Position numbers and translations under genes: made by a program | Virus record (IMG/VR): IMGVR_UViG_3300014204_000128 | Span: 49,384-113,383 of that record | From: a virus | Lineage: Duplodnaviria > Caudoviricetes | DNA length: 64,000 nucleotides | Direction: 5' to 3' (one strand) | Shown here: one piece after another, positions 48,411 to 55,900 of the stretch | How positions within the stretch are numbered: the first letter of the stretch is position 1 | How the letters are laid out: each line of letters starts with the position of its first letter | Notes under the pieces: generated by a model | What the model was told of the DNA's origin: nothing | The model's database searches: none | The model's input: only the letters and a program-made list of their open reading frames with translations

Positions 48411-49304
48411 ATGCAATACGGAATAAAATTAGGTTTACCTAGTAGGGGTGCATACGGAAAGGCATTCGTTAACATAAGAAGACCGAAACTAGAAGATTTG
48501 GTCGATTACTTTCAGGCTGGTGATAATAGTGTGGTTGCTAAGAACCAGTTCGTGAATGGAATCTGTGATACTGATTTATCAAAGTACCCAACGGGTGACA
48601 GGGAGTATGTATTCGTTAATTTACGTTCCTTGGTAAATACAAATATAATCACAGGAACAGTGCTTTGTGAAAAGCAGGGTTGCGGGTCTGAAGTAGTCTA
48701 CATGTTAGACTTGAAAGATTGTAAGGTAAACCAGTTACCAGAAGACTTCATAGTAGATTACGAGTTAAAGTTCCCGTCTAAGGGTGTGTCTAAGAAAATA
48801 AACTTATTAACACAGGAGAAAGAAGAAATACTAGAAAACTATATTAGGTTTTATAGTGCGGCAAACATAGAACTGGCAAACTCAGATTTGGGTGAAAACT
48901 TACACGAGTTTGCCAGGTATGCATGCATGTTTTCTGACTCTACAGACATATCAATGGTTGATTACAATGTCACGTTCTTAAGGGAACTAGACTGGTCTGA
49001 GTTCGAAGTCTTGATGATGTACGACGTAGCATTCGAGTGTGGTCCAGAAGTATTCGTTCACGCTAAATGCGACAACTGTAAGCAGAATTATAAGATAAAA
49101 ATAAAGACGGACAATTCATTTTTCGGGTTAAGTCTGGAAGGGTTGATAAATAGACACAGGTTCCTAGCAAGGGCATCTAACATTGGTTTCCAGGATTTCC
49201 TTAAATACACTATGCCAATGCTTGAAAATATAACGGTTGGTGAGGTAACTAGAATAAATGATACAAATACAAAGATCAAAGCAGCAAGATCTAAAAGGAA
49301 ATAA
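48411..49304 (+). CDS. baseplate hub assembly chaperone (gp26-like)
   Basis: LPSRG..Y, GDREYVFVNLR, two CxxC-type motifs, FF near the end of the domain. Confidence 0.7.
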   Translation: MQYGIKLGLPSRGAYGKAFVNIRRPKLEDLVDYFQAGDNSVVAKNQFVNGICDTDLSKYPTGDREYVFVNLRSLVNTNIITGTVLCEKQGCGSEVVYMLDLKDCKVNQLPEDFIVDYELKFPSKGVSKKINLLTQEKEEILENYIRFYSAANIELANSDLGENLHEFARYACMFSDSTDISMVDYNVTFLRELDWSEFEVLMMYDVAFECGPEVFVHAKCDNCKQNYKIKIKTDNSFFGLSLEGLINRHRFLARASNIGFQDFLKYTMPMLENITVGEVTRINDTNTKIKAARSKRK

Positions 49305-49307
49305 TGT

Positions 49308-51821
49308 ATGCCAAGTTTCAGTGATTTTATAGGATCAACTCAAAACAAGGAACAAACAAGTGTTTCAGTGAATGACGTGCTTGCATCACAGTCAAAGGGT
49401 GGTGTTGATGTTAGTGAAGAAGATACTAAGGACAAGAAGTCAAAGGACATAACTGATATGCTTCTATCTGCTGAAAAATGGGTAGAAAACGAAATGAAAA
49501 CATTCAGTAATGCTGATGCAGTGAAAGAATTAAGTGCATTGAATAAAAATTTCAGTGCATATGCTGATAACTTGTCAATGATGAAATTCTATCTCAGTAA
49601 ATTTTCCGACTCTACTGTTGAAATAGGTCACGAAGATGCTGTCAAGTTACAAGAACTAGTTGACCAGAATGATAGACTTGTCATAGCAATAAACACACAA
49701 AGGAAGGGTGACAAGGAATTCAATGATAAATTACTATCAGTAGAACGTGAACGGGAATTCAATTTCAGGTCTCAGGGTATCATGCAGACAGAACAGGCAC
49801 GTATGCAGAAGAGATACAATCTCACAACAAGTGAACTGTGGAATAACATAGGTGAAGAAATGGAAACCCAGGCAAAGCAAACCAAAGAAGACGTAAAAAC
49901 AGGGTTGATAGAAGGTATTGGTGGGCCACTAGGGACAATGGTTAGAAAGGTAGTTGTTCCAGGATTCAAGGCAATAAAGGAAACTACTCTGGGGCAGAAA
50001 CTGGGGGACAAGGCAAATAGTGTTGGTGATAAGTTAAAGGGGTATTTCATAAAGAATGCAGCAGACCAGAAAGAACTAACTGATGTAATGAACGGTGTCT
50101 CAGGTGAGATACAACAGGGTTCTGAAAACACGCTGAAAATAGAAGATGACGTGAACACAAGTGTACGTACATCTAGTAATGATATACAGGGTGATCTTTT
50201 AATGCTGGAGGAATCAACTATTTCAGGTAATAATGAAATAAGAAATGTTACTAAAGACACGCTTGAAGAAACTACTAAAGAAATAGTGGCACCATCGGCA
50301 GGCATGGTAAAGAAGAAAACACTACTAGAAGCAAACGCACAAAAAGCAATACCAAATAAGAAACCAGACGGTGTATTCTCTAAGATACAGGAAGGGATAA
50401 GCCAGTCAAATGTTTTATTAAAAGACATCGTGATGGGGTTGAAAGACCAGAAGAGCACACTAGATGACACGTACACTACATTAGCTGAAGTAGATATGCT
50501 GAACAGTGAGTTAGTCAAGATGTCAGAAAGTGAAGCACAGCATGTATACAATAGTGCTTCTGAACAGGAGAAGTTGCTGTCAAACATAAGCACAAGTGTT
50601 GAAATGCAGGGTAGGAAGCAAGAATTAGTAAGTAGGTTCAATAGTGATGTTTTCAATTTCGACAAAGAAATGGCTGTCAGTGTCAATGAAGACAATAAGG
50701 TTGATGAAAAGAAACAGGTAGAAATACTACACGAACTAGAGACATTAAATTCAAAAGATTTTGGTGGGGGTAGCATGACCCAGGGTATGCTAAACAGTGT
50801 AATGGGAAATGGTCTGAAAGCAATGTTACCTATGTTGGGAACTCTAGGTATCGGTGCATTGGTGGCAGCAGCAGTTGCAGGTTCCGGGTGGGTTATATAT
50901 GAGAACATACGAAGAGTTCGTGAACACCCAGAAGGTACTGGGTACGGTGCAATAAAGAACAAGTGGGAAGAAATACGTCCTTTAACTGCTAAGGAAAAAG
51001 CAGCAAGAGATGAAGCTGCTGCAAAGTTGAAGGAAACATACACTCCAAAGCAGGATGAAGAAACTTTAAAGAACTTGGAAAAACTTCAAACATTGACTGA
51101 TGAAGAAAAACTAAAGTACTATGATAAGATAAACAGTGTAAATACAGGTAAGTCAAAAGAAAATTATGTCACAGACATAAGTAACTATAAGGGTGATATG
51201 AAGAACGTCTCTGATATATCAAAGATGTATAGTGAATCTATGTCTGAAAAAACATTAACTGCACTGGTAGAAAAACAAGGTAACAATGATATAAAGATAG
51301 ACAATGTCGTTATAGATTGGCAGATGCCGTTGGCTGATAAACTAATGAAGATAAAAGAGGTAAAATCAGCAAATGGAATTGTGGTGGGTAAGAACGCAAA
51401 AAGCACATCAAAAACGGTATCTAGTGTAGATAAGAGTACAACTAGTACAGAACAATTGAATAAAGTCGCTGACGTGTATGAAAACAAGTCAAAACAAACG
51501 ACAAAAAATATATCTAAGTCTGAAAAACTAAAGCAGGTTAGCGCACAAAGTAACATGAAGGACGTTACTACTAGTGCAACTGTAGAAAATACAGAAGTAG
51601 ATAAACAAATATCCAAGGTTGAAAGGGAATCAGCAACACTCAAAGCAGAGAAAGAACAAATCTCAGCAAGCAAGGGCCAAAAGCCAAAGGGAGCGCAAAG
51701 TACAGGGGCTCCAAGTGGAGGTGGTTCTACAAGTCAAAATAAGCAGAACCTAGACCATATATCAGTGTTACCACAGGATAATTTCGGACTCATACTCGTT
51801 AATTCAGGGGTTAATTTCTAG
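49308..51821 (+). CDS. tape-measure-like / baseplate hub (gp29-like) protein
   Basis: 837 aa, helical, one hydrophobic Gly/Ala segment; canonical position. Confidence 0.65.
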   Translation: MPSFSDFIGSTQNKEQTSVSVNDVLASQSKGGVDVSEEDTKDKKSKDITDMLLSAEKWVENEMKTFSNADAVKELSALNKNFSAYADNLSMMKFYLSKFSDSTVEIGHEDAVKLQELVDQNDRLVIAINTQRKGDKEFNDKLLSVEREREFNFRSQGIMQTEQARMQKRYNLTTSELWNNIGEEMETQAKQTKEDVKTGLIEGIGGPLGTMVRKVVVPGFKAIKETTLGQKLGDKANSVGDKLKGYFIKNAADQKELTDVMNGVSGEIQQGSENTLKIEDDVNTSVRTSSNDIQGDLLMLEESTISGNNEIRNVTKDTLEETTKEIVAPSAGMVKKKTLLEANAQKAIPNKKPDGVFSKIQEGISQSNVLLKDIVMGLKDQKSTLDDTYTTLAEVDMLNSELVKMSESEAQHVYNSASEQEKLLSNISTSVEMQGRKQELVSRFNSDVFNFDKEMAVSVNEDNKVDEKKQVEILHELETLNSKDFGGGSMTQGMLNSVMGNGLKAMLPMLGTLGIGALVAAAVAGSGWVIYENIRRVREHPEGTGYGAIKNKWEEIRPLTAKEKAARDEAAAKLKETYTPKQDEETLKNLEKLQTLTDEEKLKYYDKINSVNTGKSKENYVTDISNYKGDMKNVSDISKMYSESMSEKTLTALVEKQGNNDIKIDNVVIDWQMPLADKLMKIKEVKSANGIVVGKNAKSTSKTVSSVDKSTTSTEQLNKVADVYENKSKQTTKNISKSEKLKQVSAQSNMKDVTTSATVENTEVDKQISKVERESATLKAEKEQISASKGQKPKGAQSTGAPSGGGSTSQNKQNLDHISVLPQDNFGLILVNSGVNF

Positions 51822-51824
51822 ACT

Positions 51825-52412
51825 ATGGCATATAAGATAACTATATTATCACTCGGGGGGCACGGAAGTGTAGAAGCTTACTTGCCTGACGAGATAATGG
51901 TCAGTGCTGAACACAGGTGGGAAAACCCGTTCGAGGTAAATATGTCGCAGGAAAGACGGACAGGTTTACAGTGGGCAGGTAACTTGACAGGAACAGGGAT
52001 AACTGGTAACTTTGACCCATCAGTCGTGGGAAATCCTCTAGGAATTGACACGTTCACGTACATGGGTTCAGCTCCTATAAGTATGCAACTAGAACTCGAA
52101 TTTATAGTGAATAGAAGCATAGAAGAAGACGTGGTTCTACCAGTCAAAAAGTTGATGAAGATGGGGTGTCCAAAATCAGCTGGTTTGTCTACACTCATGA
52201 CACTCGGAAAACCTGATTTGGTTCAGGTAGTTATACCAGGAGTTCTATACATCAATAAAGCATACTTGACAAATGTTGGTGTTAACTTGATGAAACCTTT
52301 GGTTACTGACGGTAGTAGAACAACACCACAGAGGGTGAGGATGCCAATAACACTGATAAAAGCGGAGATACTCACGACCGACAGGTCAGATGAAATGTTC
52401 TTTAATAAGTAA
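51825..52412 (+). CDS. baseplate tube-cap/initiator-like protein
   Basis: TYMGSAPISMQLELEF..LMKMGCP; position after the tape measure gene. Confidence 0.5.
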   Translation: MAYKITILSLGGHGSVEAYLPDEIMVSAEHRWENPFEVNMSQERRTGLQWAGNLTGTGITGNFDPSVVGNPLGIDTFTYMGSAPISMQLELEFIVNRSIEEDVVLPVKKLMKMGCPKSAGLSTLMTLGKPDLVQVVIPGVLYINKAYLTNVGVNLMKPLVTDGSRTTPQRVRMPITLIKAEILTTDRSDEMFFNK

Positions 52413-52415
52413 AAA

Positions 52416-52718
52416 ATGGCAGATAGTAGATTTAATATTGATAATTTTATCGTAGGAGTTGACAATTCATTTATAAGTGCCAATTTAAAGAGGTTAAAGG
52501 AAGTATCAACGTCTACATATGTCATACCACCTAGACATGCATGTAGACTCGACTTGATATCAAATTTGATATACGGGTCGGTAAACATGAAAGCACTGCT
52601 TATATACGTGAATGACATATTCGATGTATCTGTCGTAAAACACGGGTACAAATTGAAGTACCCACAGATAAAAGACATACTATCGGTGATGAATGAAGTA
52701 TCTGATTATAAGAAATAA
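52416..52718 (+). CDS. baseplate wedge LysM-like protein (gp53-like)
   Basis: RLDLISNLIYGS...LIYVNDI...G..LKYP. Confidence 0.8.
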   Translation: MADSRFNIDNFIVGVDNSFISANLKRLKEVSTSTYVIPPRHACRLDLISNLIYGSVNMKALLIYVNDIFDVSVVKHGYKLKYPQIKDILSVMNEVSDYKK

Positions 52719-52720
52719 CT

Positions 52721-53878
52721 ATGTATGGTCTCTCAGTTAAAATAGACGGAAAACCAGCTCCTGTTTCAGTTGAAACAGGATACGTTGCTATTCGTGAATC
52801 TGTGGATTTCTTCGTTCCATCAGCAACGGTAGTGTTCAGGGACAGGATGTCTAATTTCGTTTCAACGTACCCATTCATGCAAGACACCGAAGTAGAACTT
52901 AGTATTGATGACAATCTTAAAATAAACAAACACTCATTCTTTGCTTTCTCAAGCAATAAACCACAAACCCAGAAGGGAGTTGAGGACTTCGAGATAACAC
53001 TAGATTTGTTGTCCAAGTTCGCGGATCCATTACTAACTGGGAGCGAGTATCATTCTAAGAAATGCACGGCTTCCGACTATATAAGGTATATAGCTGATAA
53101 GTGTAAACTTAAGGCAGATATAGAAGCAACAAACGAGGTCAGGTCATGGATAAATCCTAACTGGAAGTATGCTCAAATGATAAGGTACCTGGCACAAAGG
53201 AGTATATCGGCATCAGGTTCTGGGGGATTCCTATACTTCGTTCAAGCAGATGGAACTCTAGTATTCAAATCCATAGACAGGTTATTCGACGATGAAGTCG
53301 GGGTAGACGTGACAGCAGGTTCATACAAGATACTTTCAGAAGAAGGTCTGGATAATATGAGTAATAAAACAATGGTGATAACTGACAATCATTATGCAAA
53401 TGTAGTTCTGGGTGCTAATAACCTGAACGTTACATTCTACGACTACAGACTAGGTAAGAATGTCACCACTGAAGTTGATTACTCAAAGTACTTGAAGAAA
53501 AGAGGAACAGTGAAGGGTGTTTCCCTAGGTATGGTGAAGAAAGGAAATAGCAAGTTCATGGGTACGTGGTCAAGTACAACGAACACAAATCCATCATCTT
53601 TGATGATGCCTGTGTACAATAAGGTTTTAAGACAATTCGAGTCTACTCAGCTACAGTTAATGCTGCCATTAGATAACAAGTTAAAGGTTGGTGGGGTCAT
53701 TAACCTATCAGTACCTGCTAACATGGACATAATATCTACAGGGGTGAACTTGAATTACTCGGGTAGGTACATAATCAAGACAATGATGTCGGTCGGTCAC
53801 GGTGACTACATGCAAAAACTGATACTAGTACGTCCAGGAATAAGTTTGCCATTAAAAAGAAAGCCAAATTATGTATAA
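52721..53878 (+). CDS. baseplate hub protein (gp27/gpD-like)
   Basis: IRES...PSATVVFRD, YLAQRS, LVFKSID, YSGRYII. Confidence 0.7.
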   Translation: MYGLSVKIDGKPAPVSVETGYVAIRESVDFFVPSATVVFRDRMSNFVSTYPFMQDTEVELSIDDNLKINKHSFFAFSSNKPQTQKGVEDFEITLDLLSKFADPLLTGSEYHSKKCTASDYIRYIADKCKLKADIEATNEVRSWINPNWKYAQMIRYLAQRSISASGSGGFLYFVQADGTLVFKSIDRLFDDEVGVDVTAGSYKILSEEGLDNMSNKTMVITDNHYANVVLGANNLNVTFYDYRLGKNVTTEVDYSKYLKKRGTVKGVSLGMVKKGNSKFMGTWSSTTNTNPSSLMMPVYNKVLRQFESTQLQLMLPLDNKLKVGGVINLSVPANMDIISTGVNLNYSGRYIIKTMMSVGHGDYMQKLILVRPGISLPLKRKPNYV

Positions 53879-53886
53879 AAAGTGTA

Positions 53887-53901
53887 TGTTATATCGTAAC
53901 A
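53887..53901. promoter_or_regulatory. palindromic operator candidate upstream of the XRE gene
   Basis: TGTTA-tatcg-TAACA; ATATCGTAACA also occurs at 2682-2692 inside an early-type promoter. Confidence 0.45.
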
Positions 53902-53935
53902 CTTTAGTATATTTATCGTTTAAAAAGTAAAAGAT

Positions 53936-54142
53936 ATGACAGTAGAAGAAACGATTGCTTTCATTAAGCACGAGAGAACTAGAAAAGCTATCTCATTACG
54001 GGATTTGGGAAAGAAATGTGACGTGAGGGCTGCAACTATCTCAGAGATAGAGAATGGTAAGTCAAAAGGTGAGTTCGACACTATAGTTAAACTGCTCAAT
54101 GGTCTAGGTTATGATTTCGAACCAGTAAAACAAAAAATTTAG
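53936..54142 (+). CDS. XRE/Cro-family HTH transcriptional regulator
   Basis: IKHER..KAISLRDLGKKCDV..ATISEIENGK...FDTIVKLLNGLG. Confidence 0.9.
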   Translation: MTVEETIAFIKHERTRKAISLRDLGKKCDVRAATISEIENGKSKGEFDTIVKLLNGLGYDFEPVKQKI

Positions 54143-54157
54143 AATATTTTATATATT
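54133..54157 (+). promoter_or_regulatory. putative late promoter
   Basis: AAAAATTT-N8-TTATATATT upstream of the Zn-ribbon gene. Confidence 0.65.
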
Positions 54158-54175
54158 AACTATAAATTTTATAGT

Positions 54176-54463
54176 ATGAAAAAGGTAATTTATAAATGTG
54201 AAAAGTGCTCAGGTGAGATAAGCGACTCACAGAAGTTTTGCAACCATTGTGGTTCTCAGTTAATGGATGCTCAAAAACAATACTATATTGTAGAAGTTGA
54301 AAAAGGTGTTGACTGGCCAAATGGGTACTTAAATTATAACGGAGATGTTGTAGAAAGTATAAAAAAGGCAGAAAAATTTGAAAATAAAGTAGATGCCGAG
54401 AATGCTGCAACTTCATTTAATATAGAATACGGAAATAAACGAATATATGCAAGAGTAAGATAA
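54176..54463 (+). CDS. Zn-ribbon-leader protein with short cargo domain
   Basis: MKKVIYKCEKCSGEISDSQKFCNHCGSQLMD followed by an unrelated 64-aa domain. Confidence 0.8.
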   Translation: MKKVIYKCEKCSGEISDSQKFCNHCGSQLMDAQKQYYIVEVEKGVDWPNGYLNYNGDVVESIKKAEKFENKVDAENAATSFNIEYGNKRIYARVR

Positions 54464-54513
54464 TGGTTGACGCAAACGCACTAAAAGAACCAATACTGCA
54501 AAAGTCAGTTTGA
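54463..54513 (+). pseudogene. 16-codon remnant resembling the 5' end of gene 57171
   Basis: MVDANALKEPILQK vs MISANILKELILEK; shared DNA ACTAAAAGAAC...GTCAGT. Confidence 0.5.
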
Positions 54514-54522
54514 AAATATTAA

Positions 54523-55374
54523 ATGAATACAATTGAACACAACAGAATAGAAAGAGAAGAATTCACAGGTATCTACTACGGTGTGGTTCTCAGCGTCGAA
54601 GATCCTGAGAAGGTTGGAAGGATAAAAGTACGTGTTCGTGGTATATTCGATGAACCCATAAAGAAGGAAGACATTCCTTGGGCTGTTCCTACTGGGAACA
54701 GCGGGGGAATAGAACTTGGGTCTGAGGTAGCTGTCTGGTTTACAGACGGGGATATAGAAAGGCCTAACTACATGCCAAAAACATACTTAGACAAGAAGCA
54801 AATAGAAGACCTTGATAAGTTGTTAGCAGGTGTATCAATGAAGAAGAAAGACTCTGCAAAGAGTGGTGTGTCGGTGGTCAGTAAATCTTTTGATGAACCT
54901 GTATCAGATTCTGATGGTAAGAACAGCCCGTACAAAAAACTGGTTGTTTTACCGTTACAGGTGGACAAGGAGAACGGGGAGACTGTGGATACAGGAAGTC
55001 CTGATAACGGTCTGGTCGTTGAGGTCAACAGGGAAAAGGGAAAGGAAGAAGTTTCTATATATCATCCTAGCGGGACATTCATAGACATAAGGGAAGACGG
55101 TTCTGTGGTCATACATAGTGCTTCTGATATATACAACATAGCAGACGGCATAATGGGTGTATCACTCGGTGGGGACTTATTGATAAAAGTAGATGGTTCT
55201 GTTGAGGTTAGTGCAATGGAAATAAAAATAAAGGCGTTGAAGGTCACGGTAACGGGTGGTGAGTTGGACGTAAGTGGTTCGGTCGTTCCTACTGGTTCGG
55301 GGCCATTCTGTGGGTTACCTAGTTGTATATTCAGCGGGGCACCACATTCAGGAAGTAAAGTACTCGGAACATAA
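54523..55374 (+). CDS. baseplate central spike (gp5/gpV-like OB-fold plus beta-helix, no lysozyme domain)
   Basis: GVV...DPEKVGRIKVRV, IPWA.P, V.VWF.DGD..RP, IYHPSGTFIDI..DG; C-terminal C..C....PH. Confidence 0.88.
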   Translation: MNTIEHNRIEREEFTGIYYGVVLSVEDPEKVGRIKVRVRGIFDEPIKKEDIPWAVPTGNSGGIELGSEVAVWFTDGDIERPNYMPKTYLDKKQIEDLDKLLAGVSMKKKDSAKSGVSVVSKSFDEPVSDSDGKNSPYKKLVVLPLQVDKENGETVDTGSPDNGLVVEVNREKGKEEVSIYHPSGTFIDIREDGSVVIHSASDIYNIADGIMGVSLGGDLLIKVDGSVEVSAMEIKIKALKVTVTGGELDVSGSVVPTGSGPFCGLPSCIFSGAPHSGSKVLGT

Positions 55375-55388
55375 TAATATACATAGTC

Positions 55389-55900
55389 ATGAAAAACCAA
55401 TTTATAAGTGCGAAAAATGCGATGGTGAAATCTCTGATACTTCTAAATTCTGTGGGCATTGTGGGTCTCAATTCATAGGTGACTCATCTACGGGTATTCC
55501 AATAGACATAGCAAATAAAATGGCTGCTGACATAACAAGTGATATAGAACCAATAGCAAAAGATAACTTCTTCATGGCACGTCAACAAAGCATGATAGGA
55601 AATGTGGTTTCTATCTCTTTTGCTCTTGGCAAAGATAAGTCTGAATGGCCTCATGGTATATTTGAAAATGATCCCGCCAAAATAAAAATGTTGATACAAA
55701 CGGAAAACGATGGTTCTACAGTTACATTGAATATCGTGTCTAAGGCATACGAGATAAAAGACATAAAGATAAATAGTAAGACAGGTACACCAGAACAGGT
55801 CACAAAGTACGTTATCGAAAAGCTCAAAAAAGTTATTCCAGAAATAAATAGTAAAAAAGAACAGTTACTAAAAAATAGTTATGAAAAAAGTAATTTATAA
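55389..55900 (+). CDS. Zn-ribbon-leader protein with a one-base deletion in the A-run after the ATG (frameshifted or sequencing error)
   Basis: ATGAAAAACCAATTTATAAG is one base short of the paralog starts ATGAAAAAAGTA / ATGAAAAAGGTA. The cassette KPIYKCEKCDGEISDTSKFCGHCGSQFIGD is open in another frame. Confidence 0.65.

Noticed and set aside
49772-51043. 423-aa minus-strand ORF, and the many other minus-strand ORFs in the track
   Set aside because: They lie opposite well-supported + strand genes and are Ser/Phe/Leu-rich shadows of the purine-skewed coding strand, with no motifs.
55274-55388. N-terminal extension of ORF 55274 or a programmed frameshift from the spike gene
   Set aside because: It overlaps the conserved spike C-terminus and no slippery site was recognised. 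The paralogs point to ATG 55389 as the original start.
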